Shown: positions 8,478 to 18,169 of the stretch, piece by piece | Layout: every line of letters starts with the position of its first letter | How positions within the stretch are numbered: position 1 is the first letter of the stretch | From: Candidatus Thermofontivivens primus | Lineage (GTDB): Bacteria; Sysuimicrobiota; Sysuimicrobiia; Sysuimicrobiales; Thermofontiviventaceae | Length of the DNA: 64,000 nt | Direction of reading: 5' to 3' | NCBI GenBank assembly: GCA_031458695.1 | Contig: JAVKJW010000001.1 | Span: 256,001-320,000 of the forward strand | Notes under the pieces: model-generated | Told to the model about the DNA's origin: nothing | The model's database searches: none | Seen by the model: only the letters and a program-made list of their open reading frames with translations | Program-made: the position numbers and the translations under genes

Positions 8478-9678
8478 GAGGCCGCTCCGCCTCGATGACT
8501 ACCGCCAGGTCGTGCCTTCCAACACCATCGACCTCATCTACCGCCTCGCGGAGCGTGTCCAGGGGCGATCTCTCCTCCACGTCAACTCCACGCGGGTCGG
8601 CGGGGGCGTCGCGGAGATGCTCCACCGTTATATCCCTCTCTTCCAGGACATCGGCGTGGAGGCAGGATGGGAGGTGATCTCAGGTTCTGATGCCTTCTTC
8701 CGGGTCACCAAAAGTTTCCACAACGCTCTCCAAGGCCAGGAGCAGGTGTTCACGGAGGAGATGCTGAGGACTTACCTCGAGGTCAACCGGGAGAACGCGG
8801 CGCGTCTCGATCTGGCTGCGGATGTGGTGATGATCCATGACCCCCAGCCCGCAGCCCTCATCGAATATGCGTCCAGGAAAGGGAAATGGATCTGGCGCTG
8901 CCATATTGACATCTCCCGTCCGCAGCGCAGGGCCTGGAACTTTCTTCGGCAGTTTATCGTGAAATACGATGCGGCCATCTTCTCCCTCCCCAAGTTCTCT
9001 CAGAGGTTGCCCATCCCCCAGTACCTTATCTATCCCAGCATCGACCCGCTCTCCGAGAAGAATCGCGACCTCACTGGGGAGGAGGTCAACGCAATCCTGG
9101 ATCGTCTCAACATCCCCCGGGACAAGCCGATCCTCCTGCAGGTCTCCCGGTTTGACCGGTTCAAGGATCCCATCGGTGTGATCAATGCCTACCGGATCGT
9201 GAAGAAGTACGACGACTGTCGCCTCGTCCTTGCTGGAGGGACCGCGGACGACGATCCGGAAGGTGCCCAGGTGCTTTCGGAGGTCATGGAGGCGGCGGCG
9301 GGGGATCCCAATATCCACGTCCTCTTGCTCCCGCCCACTGCGGATCTAGAGATCAACGCCCTGCAGCGGGCGGCGACCATCATCCTCCAGAAGTCCATTC
9401 GAGAGGGATTTGGGCTGACGGTGGCTGAGGGAATGTGGAAGGGGAAACCCGTCATCGGAGGGTTCGCCGGGGGCATCACCGTCCAGATCATCTACGGGGT
9501 CACCGGCTACACCGTGAACTCTGTGGAAGGGTGCGCGTTTCGTATCCGCTACCTCTTGAACAACCCAGAGGTGGCCCGGCAGATGGGGGAGAACGCCCGT
9601 GAGTACGTCCGCCAGAACTTCCTCATCACCCGCGATCTCATTGACCACCTGGCCCTGATGGTTTCCCTGTTGGGCTAA
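8470..9678 (+). CDS. treT: Trehalose glycosyltransferring synthase TreT (GT4)
   Basis: HVNSTRVGGGVAEML, IHDPQP, WRCHID, SRFDRFKDP and EGFGLTVAE motifs. Confidence 0.88.
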   Translation: MPERPLRLDDYRQVVPSNTIDLIYRLAERVQGRSLLHVNSTRVGGGVAEMLHRYIPLFQDIGVEAGWEVISGSDAFFRVTKSFHNALQGQEQVFTEEMLRTYLEVNRENAARLDLAADVVMIHDPQPAALIEYASRKGKWIWRCHIDISRPQRRAWNFLRQFIVKYDAAIFSLPKFSQRLPIPQYLIYPSIDPLSEKNRDLTGEEVNAILDRLNIPRDKPILLQVSRFDRFKDPIGVINAYRIVKKYDDCRLVLAGGTADDDPEGAQVLSEVMEAAAGDPNIHVLLLPPTADLEINALQRAATIILQKSIREGFGLTVAEGMWKGKPVIGGFAGGITVQIIYGVTGYTVNSVEGCAFRIRYLLNNPEVARQMGENAREYVRQNFLITRDLIDHLALMVSLLG

Positions 9679-9815
9679 AAACCACCGGTGAATCTCCTGG
9701 CAAGAGGTTGCTGCATCCTTGATTTTGTGGAATGGTGCACCCATGCCTCATGAGCCTTTTCGGGATCCCCAAGGCGTAAACATCCAAAGGGCAGTTCCCT
9801 CTCCTGAAGTCGTGA

Positions 9816-10871
9816 TCAGAATTTTCGTGAGGGGACAGAAGGCTGGCGAGCCTGTCGTGGACGGAAGTGGAGGGAAGCCCCGCAGGACTCGCGGATAATG
9901 AGTCGGGTTTTGAGCACGATTTCCTGCGGTGGCATCGATGGACCCCGGAGGATACGCTGCAACAGCAGCTGGGCTGCATTCACCCCCAGGGCGTACGCAG
10001 GCTGGGCCACGGCGGTAAGGGGAGGGGTGAGGATTGAAGCCCACTCCATATCGTCGAAACCTACCACAGCCATCTCCTGGGGGATGCGAACCCCTGCTTC
10101 CCTGAGGGCAAGGAGAGCGCCAATCGTCATGAGGTTGTTGGCCACGAACAACGCGGTGGGCCGCTCGTCCATCTCCAGGAATTCCCTGGCGAGACGATAA
10201 CCGCTGTCCTGCTTGAAGTTTCCTTCCTTGATCAAATGCTTCTTGACGGGGATCCTTGCCTCCCTCAGAGCCTCAAGGTAGCCCTGCAGCCGTTCAAACC
10301 CTGTGTATACCCTCTGCGGCCCGCAGATGGTTGCGATGCGGCGATGTCCAAGGTTGATGAGGTGGGCAACAGCTTCCTTCGCACCGCTCCTGTTGTCTAC
10401 AATGACCGCATCAGCTTTGATTCCCTCGATCTTCCGGTCGATGAGGACGAGGGGAAGGCCCTCCCGGATCCAAGCGCGCAGAAAGTGCCCGGCTTCCCCG
10501 CTGGGTGCGAGGAGAAGGCCATCGACCCTCTTCTCCCGGAGGATCCGCAGGTACATCTCTTCCTTCTCAGGATTCTCATCGGCATTGCAGAGGACCACGG
10601 CATACCCGTGCTGATGGACGACATCCTCGATCCCACGAACCACTGCGGCGAAGAAGGGGTTGGCGTTGTCTGAGACGACGACCCCAAGAGTATGGGTGCG
10701 TTTCTTCACCATACTGCGGGCTAGGGCATTGGGGTGGTAGTCAAGGAGCTTGGCGGCGCGCAGAACGCGGCTGCGCGTCTCGGGGCTTACATATCCATAC
10801 CCCCCAAGCGCCCGTGACGCCGTGGCCACAGAGACACCAGCCTGTCGCGCAACATCCTTGAGCGTGGCCAT
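9816..10871 (-). CDS. LacI-family transcriptional regulator
   Basis: TLKDVARQAGVSVATASRAL HTH, YHPNALAR hinge, and VVGFDD. Confidence 0.95.
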   Translation of the reverse strand: MATLKDVARQAGVSVATASRALGGYGYVSPETRSRVLRAAKLLDYHPNALARSMVKKRTHTLGVVVSDNANPFFAAVVRGIEDVVHQHGYAVVLCNADENPEKEEMYLRILREKRVDGLLLAPSGEAGHFLRAWIREGLPLVLIDRKIEGIKADAVIVDNRSGAKEAVAHLINLGHRRIATICGPQRVYTGFERLQGYLEALREARIPVKKHLIKEGNFKQDSGYRLAREFLEMDERPTALFVANNLMTIGALLALREAGVRIPQEMAVVGFDDMEWASILTPPLTAVAQPAYALGVNAAQLLLQRILRGPSMPPQEIVLKTRLIIRESCGASLHFRPRQARQPSVPSRKF

Positions 10872-10875
10872 ATTC

Positions 10876-10889
10876 TGGGAAGGTTCTCA
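10876..10889. promoter_or_regulatory. Secondary LacI-type operator (autoregulation candidate)
   Basis: TGGGAAGGTTCTCA; its reverse complement TGAGAACCTTCCCA resembles the site at 10985. It lies 4 nt upstream of the lacI-type start. Confidence 0.5.
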
Positions 10890-10970
10890 TAACCATTTCG
10901 CGAGTAGGTCCATAGGATCCTTCTAAATTGTTTGGGAAAATCCCTAATCCACGGGAGGAAAGGGGAGGGT

Positions 10971-10999
10971 TTGCGTCGAATATGTGAGAACGTTATCAT
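10971..10999 (+). promoter_or_regulatory. Sigma70-type promoter of the sugar operon containing a LacI-type operator
   Basis: TTGCGT-N17-TATCAT. The near-palindrome TGAGAACGTTATCA (10985-10998), with a central CG, overlaps the spacer and -10 box. Confidence 0.7.
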
Positions 11000-11045
11000 A
11001 TTCCCCCAGGGAAGGGTTTCTGGGGAACCAAAGGGAGGGCAGCAG

Positions 11046-12461
11046 GTGAGGGCACCCAAGGTCGGGATCTTAACCTTCTCCGATGGCAGGCGCCACGTCC
11101 ACGAGGAATTGTTGCCGCTTACCCGTGGTTTTCAGGAGGCATTGGCCCAGAGGCTCCGCGAGGCGGGATGGGAAGTGGTTTGCGGAAGAGAGATCGTGTG
11201 GACCACTGACCTTGCGAAGAGCGAGGCGCGCTATCTTGCGGCAGAGGGTGTAGAGGCAACGATCTTCAACTTCGCCATCTGGAGCTTCCCCCACTTCCCA
11301 GCGATCGCTGCGCAATTCGCCCCTGGTCCATTCCTCTTGTTCAGCAACATAAACCCCCGCTACCCTGGTCTTGTGGGCATGCTGGCGAGCGCGGGAGCCC
11401 TGGACCAGGTGGGGGTTTTCCATGCACGTGTGAGCGGGGATATCCGCGATGCCCAGGTGTTTTCGCGAGTCCTTCAATTCCTCCGCGCCGCGGTGGCTGT
11501 GCATCGACTCAAGGGAGAGACCTATGGCCTCATCGGGGGGAGGTCCATGGGGATGTACACAGCCCAAGCCCCACTTGACCAGTGGCGGCGCCAGTTTGGG
11601 ATCGACATCGAGCACATCGACCAGTTCGAGATCGTCCGGCGGAGTGAGCATGTGCCTGCGGATCGTGTTGAGGCTGCTTTTGCCTGGCTCGAGCGGAATG
11701 TAGGCAAAATCCACTATGACGGGGACAAACTCACTCCTGAACTCCTCAAGCGCCAGATCCGTTCTTATCACGCCGTCCGAGAGATCATCGACGAATGGCG
11801 CCTGGACTTCTGCGGGATCAAAGGGCAGCCGGAATTGACGAACCACTTCTGCACCATGGACATCGCTGAGGCATTCCTGAACGACCCTTATGACTGGGAG
11901 GGCCCACACGATCCCATCATCTGTGCCACGGAGGCGGATATGGATGGTGCCTTGACCATGGAGATCTTCAAGCACCTCGCGGGGACCCCTGTCCTGTTCG
12001 CCGACGTCCGCCACTACGATGCAGCAGACGATGTGTGGGACCTTTGCAACTCGGGCCAGCATGCCACATACTTTGCCGGAAAATCCTTTGACCCTCAGGT
12101 GAACCTTCCCAAGGTTCAGCTTTTCCCCGCGATCCTCTACTTTCCAGCTGGTGGGGCTTCGGTCGCCCACATCGCCGCGCCCGGAGAGGTAACCCTGGCA
12201 CGGCTCTCGCGCAGGCAAGGGCGCTACTGGATGGCCATCCTTCCCGCGGAGTTTGTGGAGTTTCCCGAAGAGGTCGCTTGGAAGAAAGCGGAGGCTACCA
12301 CGAAGGAGTGGCCCCATGCCTTTGCTCGCTTCAGAGTTACCCCGGAGGAGTTCCTGGCCGAATACGACAGCAACCACATCCATGGCGTGTACGGCAACTG
12401 GGTGCAGGAACTTCTCTGGGTGTGCAAGATCCTCGGCATCGAGGCTCGGGTGTTTGCCTGA
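11046..12461 (+). CDS. L-fucose/D-arabinose isomerase (FucI) family protein
   Basis: GGRSMG, ATEADMDG, FADVR, LCNSG, WPHAF and SNHIH motifs (metal ligands E/D/H of the FucI type). GTG start after SD GGGAGGG. Confidence 0.85.
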   Translation: MRAPKVGILTFSDGRRHVHEELLPLTRGFQEALAQRLREAGWEVVCGREIVWTTDLAKSEARYLAAEGVEATIFNFAIWSFPHFPAIAAQFAPGPFLLFSNINPRYPGLVGMLASAGALDQVGVFHARVSGDIRDAQVFSRVLQFLRAAVAVHRLKGETYGLIGGRSMGMYTAQAPLDQWRRQFGIDIEHIDQFEIVRRSEHVPADRVEAAFAWLERNVGKIHYDGDKLTPELLKRQIRSYHAVREIIDEWRLDFCGIKGQPELTNHFCTMDIAEAFLNDPYDWEGPHDPIICATEADMDGALTMEIFKHLAGTPVLFADVRHYDAADDVWDLCNSGQHATYFAGKSFDPQVNLPKVQLFPAILYFPAGGASVAHIAAPGEVTLARLSRRQGRYWMAILPAEFVEFPEEVAWKKAEATTKEWPHAFARFRVTPEEFLAEYDSNHIHGVYGNWVQELLWVCKILGIEARVFA

Positions 12462-12471
12462 GCGTGGGACC

Positions 12472-14079
12472 ATGGCATATACCATCGGCATTGACTTCGG
12501 TACAGAATCGGCCAGGGCTGTCCTCATGGACACAGAAAGTGGCGAGCAGGTGACGACCGCAGTATCCCGCTACCGCCACGGAGTCCTTGAGCGTTCCCTT
12601 CCGGACGGGACTTCTCTCCCCCAAGACTGGGCCCTGCAGCACCCGCAGGATTGGGTGGATTCGCTGGAAGAGCTCCTCCAACAGATGACGCGTGCAGCAC
12701 AGCCAGACCGGATCCTCGGGATCGGCATAGACTTCACGTCGTGTACGCTCCTGCCCACGACTTCAGAAGGGAGACCCCTGTGTCTCCTGGAGGAATTTCA
12801 CGCACGCCCCCATGCCTGGCCTATGCTGTGGAAGCACCACGCAGCACAGAAGTATGCGGATCGCATCAACGCTTCCGGGTGGGACCTTCTGGCATATTAT
12901 GGTGGGAAGACCTCCTCGGAATGGCTGTGGGCCAAGGCCTGGCAAATCTTGGAGGAAGCTCCGGATATCTTCCATGCTGCGGATCGGCTGATCGAGGGCG
13001 GTGACTGGATCGTTTGGCAACTCACAGGACAGGAGGTGCGGAGCATCTGTCAGGCAGGGTACAAGGCGCACTGGCAGAAGGGGAGGGGCTATCCCGAGGC
13101 TGCGTTCCTCGCCCAGCTCCATCCCAATCTCCCGCAGGTGTTAGCGAAGCTCTCTCCTCCTCATCCTCTGGGCTCCCGTGCCGGGGGATTGGTCTCTGCA
13201 TGGGCGAACCGGACAGGCCTCCGTGAAGGGACGACTGTGGCCACGGCTGTGATCGATGCCCATGCCTCTGTCCCAGCCGTCGGGGTGACGGAGCCAGGTG
13301 TCCTCGTTGCTATTCTGGGGACGTCTGCGTGCCACCTCCTCTTGAGCGAAAAGTATCTGGCGATCCCAGGGATCTCGGGGGTAGTGGAAGATGGCATCCT
13401 CCCCGGTTTCTACGGGTATGAAGCGGGGCAAGTCTCATTCGGAGACATCTTCGAGTGGTACGTGAGAACCCACGCCGCATCCATGTATGGCGGGGAAGAA
13501 GCAGCATTTCAGAAGCTTACACGGGAGGCTGCTAGGCTCAAACCAGGGGAATCTGGGCTTCTGGCGCTGGACTGGTGGAACGGTTGCCGCACCCCTTATG
13601 TGGACGCATCCCTCTCGGGGATGATCATCGGCCTGACCCTCACGACAGAGCCTCCCCACATCTATCGCGCTCTTTTGGAAGCGGCCGCTTTTGGGACGCG
13701 CAGGGTCATTGAGACCTTTGAAGCAGGAGGCCTGTCGGTGGAGGAGATCCGCGTGTGCGGGGGTGTTGCGGAGCGCAATAAGCTGCTGCTCCAGATCATG
13801 GCAGATGTAACGGGGAGGGATGTTGTCGACGCGAACGTTCTTCACGCTTCCGCCACGGGCGCAGCGATCTATGCGGCGGCTGCGGCGGAGATTTATGGGA
13901 GTGTGCACGAGGCTGCGAAGCGGATGGGGTCAAGGAAAGAGACGGTATACCGGCCCATCCAGGAGCACGTCCCAGTTTACGATGCGCTCTACGCAGAGTA
14001 TAGGAGACTCGCCGAGTATTTTGGGGGTGGGACCAGCGATGTCATGAGGAAGCTGCGGCAACTACGCGTACTTTCCTAG
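12472..14079 (+). CDS. Ribulokinase (FGGY family)
   Basis: IGIDFGTESAR, IGIDFTSCT, LWKHHAAQ, YGGKTSSEW and ALDWWNG are AraB-like motifs. Confidence 0.88.
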   Translation: MAYTIGIDFGTESARAVLMDTESGEQVTTAVSRYRHGVLERSLPDGTSLPQDWALQHPQDWVDSLEELLQQMTRAAQPDRILGIGIDFTSCTLLPTTSEGRPLCLLEEFHARPHAWPMLWKHHAAQKYADRINASGWDLLAYYGGKTSSEWLWAKAWQILEEAPDIFHAADRLIEGGDWIVWQLTGQEVRSICQAGYKAHWQKGRGYPEAAFLAQLHPNLPQVLAKLSPPHPLGSRAGGLVSAWANRTGLREGTTVATAVIDAHASVPAVGVTEPGVLVAILGTSACHLLLSEKYLAIPGISGVVEDGILPGFYGYEAGQVSFGDIFEWYVRTHAASMYGGEEAAFQKLTREAARLKPGESGLLALDWWNGCRTPYVDASLSGMIIGLTLTTEPPHIYRALLEAAAFGTRRVIETFEAGGLSVEEIRVCGGVAERNKLLLQIMADVTGRDVVDANVLHASATGAAIYAAAAAEIYGSVHEAAKRMGSRKETVYRPIQEHVPVYDALYAEYRRLAEYFGGGTSDVMRKLRQLRVLS

Positions 14080-14106
14080 AACCATGTTTCAAAAGGAGGG
14101 AGAACC

Positions 14107-15417
14107 ATGGAAGGGTGGAGTGTTCTTGATGGGAAGTACGGGCGGAGAGAGTTCCTGCGTCTTCTGGGTCTCGCAACTCTTGCTGCGGCAGTAGAGGCAG
14201 GACTTCCCCTCAAGGCTTTCGCACAGGTTCGGGTGCTTGAATTCAACACCCTTTTCCACAGCGGGGACGCTCAAGCCATGGAGCGCATCGTCAAGCTGTT
14301 CAACGAACAGCATAAGAACGTCCAGATCAGTCTCACCCAAGGGCAGTGGGCAGAGTATTATGCCCAGCTTTTCGCTTCCGTGGCGGCAGGGAACCCGCCA
14401 CATATCGGGATCTGCCACACGAGCCGTATCCTGGATGTCTACCGTGCCTTGACTCCTCTGGAGGAATCCCGTGCGGGCAACCTTCTTGCCATCGCTGGGA
14501 TCCGTGGGGAAAACTACGTGAAATCTGTCTGGGATGCTGGAGTCTATAGGGACCGGCGCTACCTCGTCCCGTTGGATACCCACATGTGGGGGTTGTGGTA
14601 CAACAAGGACCTCTTTCGCCAGGCCGGTCTTGATCCAGAGAAGCCGCCGGAGACCCGGGAGGAATTCGAGCGGGCGGCAGACGCCATCAAGGCGAAGACT
14701 GGAAAGTTCGCCTTCCACCCCGCCGAGGACGCCCTCCCTCGGAAAATCCGGAGGGCCTGGGAGATCCTCTTCTGGGGGCAAGGAGGCGAACTGCTCACGC
14801 CGGATGGAAAGCGTGCTGCGTTCAATGACGAGCGAGGCCTGCAGGCCCTCGATTACCTGGTGAGCATGATCCATAAGCGTGGCTGGAACCAGCCTGGAAC
14901 CGATGGATTCAAGCAGTTCGCCGCGGGCCAACTCGGGATGCTTCTAGCGGGAAACTGGTACTTCCCCACGGCAAAGGCAAGTGGCGTGAACTTTGGCTTC
15001 CACTATATGCCGAAGTTCTTCCAGAAGCCGGTCACCTGGGGCGATAGCCATAACCTGGTAATCCCACGGCAACCCGCCAGGGTACCTGATGAGATGCTGA
15101 TCCTGGCAATCAAGACGATCAAATGGATCAATGAGCATTCCGACATGTGGGGCATCTATGGGGGACATATTCCCGCATACCTGCCTGCTCAACGGAGCAA
15201 AGCTCTAACGGAGTCGGACACCTGGAAGATCGCGCTGCGGAAGTTTGCGGACATGGCAAAGCGTGGGTGGCTTCATTACCCGTTGATCCATGAGAAAGCT
15301 CCGAGGATCCATGCTGCCATTGAGCCATTCATCCAGGAGGCCTACAATGGCCGGCTGACCCCTAAGGAGGCTCTCAGCCGGGCTGAAGCTGAGGTAAACC
15401 GAGTCCTGGCTTCCTGA
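14107..15417 (+). CDS. Carbohydrate ABC transporter substrate-binding protein, Tat-exported
   Basis: Twin-arginine GRREFL signal and the LWYNKDLFRQAGLD family-1 SBP motif. Confidence 0.9.
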   Translation: MEGWSVLDGKYGRREFLRLLGLATLAAAVEAGLPLKAFAQVRVLEFNTLFHSGDAQAMERIVKLFNEQHKNVQISLTQGQWAEYYAQLFASVAAGNPPHIGICHTSRILDVYRALTPLEESRAGNLLAIAGIRGENYVKSVWDAGVYRDRRYLVPLDTHMWGLWYNKDLFRQAGLDPEKPPETREEFERAADAIKAKTGKFAFHPAEDALPRKIRRAWEILFWGQGGELLTPDGKRAAFNDERGLQALDYLVSMIHKRGWNQPGTDGFKQFAAGQLGMLLAGNWYFPTAKASGVNFGFHYMPKFFQKPVTWGDSHNLVIPRQPARVPDEMLILAIKTIKWINEHSDMWGIYGGHIPAYLPAQRSKALTESDTWKIALRKFADMAKRGWLHYPLIHEKAPRIHAAIEPFIQEAYNGRLTPKEALSRAEAEVNRVLAS

Positions 15418-15443
15418 CCGTTCTTTGGGGATTCTCAAGGCAG

Positions 15444-16340
15444 ATGGTGGCTGGGAAGCAGTGGAGTCGGCGAGTCAAGCGAGGAGGGGAGGTGGTGGCA
15501 TTCATCCTCCCCTTCCTCGCGCTGTGGACGCTCTTTCGTGTCGGTCCTGTCCTCTACGGGATCTTGATCAGCCTGTCTCACTGGGATCCCTTTGGCTCTA
15601 CGACTTTCGTTGGAGCGGAGAACTACCTGCGGTTACTCCGGGATCCGCGCTTCTGGGAGGCGCTAGGGAACACATTCGAGTTCGCCTCCCTGGCGGTCCC
15701 GCTCATTGTTTCCCTTGGCCTCGTCTTCGCCCTCCTCGTGTACGGTGCTCAGCGCATGCGTTGGGTGCGGGTCGTCGAGGCAGCCCTGTTCTTTCCTTAC
15801 CTGCTCACCGTCTCGATTGTGGGGTTGGTGTGGCGTTGGTTGTTTGATCCCGATTTCGGGATCGTGCGTATCACTGCGAAGCAGATGGGAGTGCACCTCC
15901 CCGTGTTCCTGAACGAGCCGCGCTGGGCCATCCCGGCGATCGCCTTCGCCACCACCTGGTGGCTCGTGGGCTATCGCATGGTCCTGTTTCGTGCTGCCCT
16001 GGAGGACATCCCAGTTGAGCTGTATGAGGCTGCACAGATCGATGGCGCGCGCTGGTATACACTGATCTTTGCCATTACGCTCCCTCTCCTGCGTCCAGCG
16101 ATCCTCTTCGCAGTTGTCCTTACCACGATTTCAGGGTTCACCGCTTTCGGTCAGGTGCTCATCATGACCCAGGGAGGTCCTGGGAGGGCCTCGGAGGTCC
16201 TGGCTCTCTACATGTACCGGATCGGATTCGATTACCTGGAGATGGGCCAGGCGGCCGCTGTGGGCGTCGTCCTGTTCGTCATCATGCTGGTTTTGACCCT
16301 TCTTTCCTTCCGCTGGCTGGGGTACGGCACAGAGCTATGA
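15444..16340 (+). CDS. Carbohydrate ABC transporter permease 1
   Basis: EAA loop ELYEAAQIDGA; FVGAENY. Confidence 0.93.
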   Translation: MVAGKQWSRRVKRGGEVVAFILPFLALWTLFRVGPVLYGILISLSHWDPFGSTTFVGAENYLRLLRDPRFWEALGNTFEFASLAVPLIVSLGLVFALLVYGAQRMRWVRVVEAALFFPYLLTVSIVGLVWRWLFDPDFGIVRITAKQMGVHLPVFLNEPRWAIPAIAFATTWWLVGYRMVLFRAALEDIPVELYEAAQIDGARWYTLIFAITLPLLRPAILFAVVLTTISGFTAFGQVLIMTQGGPGRASEVLALYMYRIGFDYLEMGQAAAVGVVLFVIMLVLTLLSFRWLGYGTEL

Positions 16341-17149
16341 GTGTGCGACGCTTCCTCTATGGTTTAGGATTAACGCTCCTCGCAACCCTGTGGATCCTGC
16401 CTGTGGTCTGGATGGTCTCCACTGCCATCAAGCCCACGCCCGAGATCTTTGCCCTTCCTCCAACCTGGATCCCGCGCCGGCTGACCCTTGAGCACATCCG
16501 AGTGGTGCTGGAGCGATGGCCGTTCCTGCGCTGGTTCTTCAACAGTGTCGTCATCTCCACCTCAAGCACTGCGCTCTCTTTGCTTGTCTCCATCCCGGCG
16601 GCGTTTGCCTTCGCCCGGTTACGGTGGTGGGGGCGTGACATTGTCTTCCTTGCCTTCCTCTCTTCTCTGCTGATCCCGCTAGAAGTGAACGTCATCCCCC
16701 TGTACTTCCTGATGAACCGCCTTGGGCTCCTCAACACCTACCCAAGCGTCTTCCTCCCCATTGCCGCCATGCCCATTGGTGTCTTCCTGCTGCGCCAGTT
16801 CTTCCTGAATATCCCGCAGGAGCTGGACGACGCCGCGCGGGTGGACGGATGTGGGAGTTTTCGGATTCTCTGGCACATCATCCTTCCTCTCTCACGTCCA
16901 GCGCTCGCGGCCATGAGCATCTACATGTTCATCTTCACATGGAATGAGTTCTTCTGGTCCATGATCGCCTTGCAAAAACCCACCATGCTTACCCTTTCTG
17001 TAGGGCTTCGCGCCCTCCAGGGTGCCTACGACATCGACTATGGGATCTTGATGTCTGGCTCAACTCTGGCGGCCCTTCCGGCCCTCGTTGTATACTTGTT
17101 CTTCCAGCGGTCCATCATCCGCGGGATTACCATGACATCGTATCGCTGA
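16337..17149 (+). CDS. Carbohydrate ABC transporter permease 2
   Basis: ELDDAARVDGC and WNEFFW motifs. ATGA overlap with the previous gene. Confidence 0.93.
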   Translation: MSVRRFLYGLGLTLLATLWILPVVWMVSTAIKPTPEIFALPPTWIPRRLTLEHIRVVLERWPFLRWFFNSVVISTSSTALSLLVSIPAAFAFARLRWWGRDIVFLAFLSSLLIPLEVNVIPLYFLMNRLGLLNTYPSVFLPIAAMPIGVFLLRQFFLNIPQELDDAARVDGCGSFRILWHIILPLSRPALAAMSIYMFIFTWNEFFWSMIALQKPTMLTLSVGLRALQGAYDIDYGILMSGSTLAALPALVVYLFFQRSIIRGITMTSYR

Positions 17150-17182
17150 GCCTATCTTTGGATTCTCGAGAAGGGAGCGACG

Positions 17183-18148
17183 ATGCGCATTGTGGCGAGG
17201 TATCGTATGACAAACCCATTGCCCACAGCCTTTTGCCATGGGGCGACGCTTCTTCCCTTAGAGAATGGAGATCTTCTGGGAGCGTGGTTTGGAGGGACAC
17301 GTGAAGGGCTGCCGGACTCAGGGATCTACCTCGCTCATCTCAAGGCGGGAGGAGAGGCCTGGGGTCCGCCTGCGTTGATTGCACCTGCCGATGGACATCC
17401 TTGCGGGAACCCTGTGCTCTTCCTGGGTGGGGCGGGGGCGATCTGGTTGGTGTACTTCCGCGTGTGGGGAGAATGGTGTACCGGAGGAAAGCCGTGCGGG
17501 AAGGTATCTCTGGATGGAGGGGAGAGCTGGGGAGAAGAGATGATCCTCCTGGATAGGGAAGGTGTCCTTACGAAGAACAAGCCCATCCGGGTTGGGGATG
17601 AGCTTTTGCTCCCCATCTACGATGAGATCCGCTGGCAAGCGGGGATCGCCAGGTTGGATGTGTCCCGTCACGATTTGCATTGGCGTTTCGGCGATCTCCA
17701 GATTGGTGCAGGGAGCGGTGTCCCCATGATCCAGGGAACGTTGGCTGAGCCTGAGCCGGGACGCCTCCTTATGCTCATGCGTACAAAGGTTGGGCGGATC
17801 TGGCAGGTGGAAAGCTTCGATGGAGGGTGGACCTGGGTGAACCTGAGGGCGACTTCCCTGCGGAACCCGAATTCTGGGATTGATATGGTCCGGCTTCCTC
17901 ATGGGCGCCTCTGGCTGGTCTACAACGATACAGACCTCGGGCGTGATCCGATGGAGTGGGAGCTCCGTTATCCGCTTTGCTTAGCGGAGAGTACCGACGG
18001 AGGCGCATCCTGGCGGAACATCTTCACCCTCGAGGAGGGGCCCGGGGAGTACTCCTATCCCGCCATTGTGACCGATGGAGCGGGCAGGGTGCATATCGCC
18101 TACACTGCGCTGCGGAAGGAGATCCGGCACATTGTGGTGGAACCCTAA
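17183..18148 (+). CDS. BNR/Asp-box beta-propeller protein (sialidase-like glycoside hydrolase)
   Basis: Asp-boxes SLDGGESW, SFDGGWTW and STDGGASW, plus NPNSG and EYSYP. No signal peptide. Confidence 0.8.
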   Translation: MRIVARYRMTNPLPTAFCHGATLLPLENGDLLGAWFGGTREGLPDSGIYLAHLKAGGEAWGPPALIAPADGHPCGNPVLFLGGAGAIWLVYFRVWGEWCTGGKPCGKVSLDGGESWGEEMILLDREGVLTKNKPIRVGDELLLPIYDEIRWQAGIARLDVSRHDLHWRFGDLQIGAGSGVPMIQGTLAEPEPGRLLMLMRTKVGRIWQVESFDGGWTWVNLRATSLRNPNSGIDMVRLPHGRLWLVYNDTDLGRDPMEWELRYPLCLAESTDGGASWRNIFTLEEGPGEYSYPAIVTDGAGRVHIAYTALRKEIRHIVVEP

Positions 18149-18169
18149 GAAGGGGAATGTCCCCTTTGT

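Noticed and set aside
11070..12533. 487-aa ORF antisense to the isomerase, and similar long antisense ORFs elsewhere
   Set aside because: They fully overlap well-supported genes on the other strand and show no domain signatures.
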